A DNA stretch of 64,000 nt from an uncultured bacterium (lineage in GTDB: Bacteria; Deinococcota; Deinococci; Deinococcales; Marinithermaceae). Shown piece after piece: positions 63,757 to 64,000 of this stretch. Numbering within the stretch: position 1 is the stretch's first letter; every line of letters starts with the position of its first letter. The DNA lies in NCBI GenBank assembly GCA_964469895.1, contig CAYYAB010000001.1, forward strand, positions 1,695-65,694, given 5' to 3'. The notes below the pieces were generated by a model. The model saw only the letters and a list, made by a program, of their open reading frames with translations. It was not told the origin of the DNA and did no database searches. A program made the position numbers and the translations under genes.

Positions 63757-64000
63757 ATGCACGAGTTCGAACGAGACGCCTGCGGTATCGTCGCGGTAAT
63801 CGAGAAGGACGGGGTTTCGCGTCACCGAAACGTGCTCCGGGCGATCGACGCCCTCTACCGGATGGCACACCGGGCTGGGGCCATCCTCGGTGAGGGCGAC
63901 GGCACCGGGGTGATGACCGATCTGCCCCGGGAGCTTTGGGTCGAGCGCTTCGACCGCGCCGGGCTCGATCCTAAGCTCCCGATGAATCCGCGGTTTTTCG
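63757..64000 (+). CDS. gltB: glutamate synthase large subunit, N-terminal glutamine amidotransferase domain (continues beyond window end)
   Basis: MHEFERDACGIVAVIEKDG carries the Ntn-type catalytic Cys. SD GGAGGTG upstream. Open at the window edge. Confidence 0.8.
   Translation, partial: MHEFERDACGIVAVIEKDGVSRHRNVLRAIDALYRMAHRAGAILGEGDGTGVMTDLPRELWVERFDRAGLDPKLPMNPRFF

Overview
This is a high-GC, densely coding chromosomal window that looks like a Deinococcus-Thermus (Thermaceae-like) bacterium. Supporting markers are a Gfh1-type Gre-factor homologue next to lysS, an archaeal-type roughly 420-aa AspRS, futalosine-pathway genes, a SpoVS-like protein, and many genes with a -10 box 6-9 nt before the start codon, which suggests leaderless mRNAs. 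I call about 65 protein genes, almost all housekeeping:
- cimA, and leuC running off the left edge
- trmFO-hslVU
- an archaeal-style nurA-herA-sbcD-sbcC end-resection operon
- murJ, aspS, aroH, hisD, lepA, recO, lysS, cysS, rsmB, truD
- a split methylmalonyl-CoA mutase
- plsY
- an MrfA-like helicase
- mrp
- hemE-hemH-hemY fused to aroF-tyrA
- two ClC channels
- a tilS-tadA fusion
- gltB, running off the right edge

There are two tRNAs, Pro-GGG and Ser-CGA. I found no rRNA, CRISPR array, transposase or integrase.

The most interesting signals are non-coding:
1. Four amino-acid-related transcription units (aspS, leuC, cysS, aroF-tyrA) are each preceded by a near-consensus promoter. Each promoter is followed almost immediately by a tiny, apparently leaderless ORF containing the cognate amino acid(s) in rare A/T-ending codons. 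For aspS and leuC the ORF is followed by mutually exclusive antiterminator and terminator hairpins.
2. A 587-bp gene-free, hairpin-rich region sits between two apparently leaderless divergent genes. It is flanked by a 10-bp direct repeat and imperfect inverted ends, so it may be a MITE-like insert and/or a structured RNA.
3. The tilS-tadA reading frame takes its last seven codons and its stop codon from inside the tRNA-Ser gene.

All homology calls come from remembered family motifs. No database search or RNA folding was run, so function calls and regulatory models are hypotheses with stated checks.
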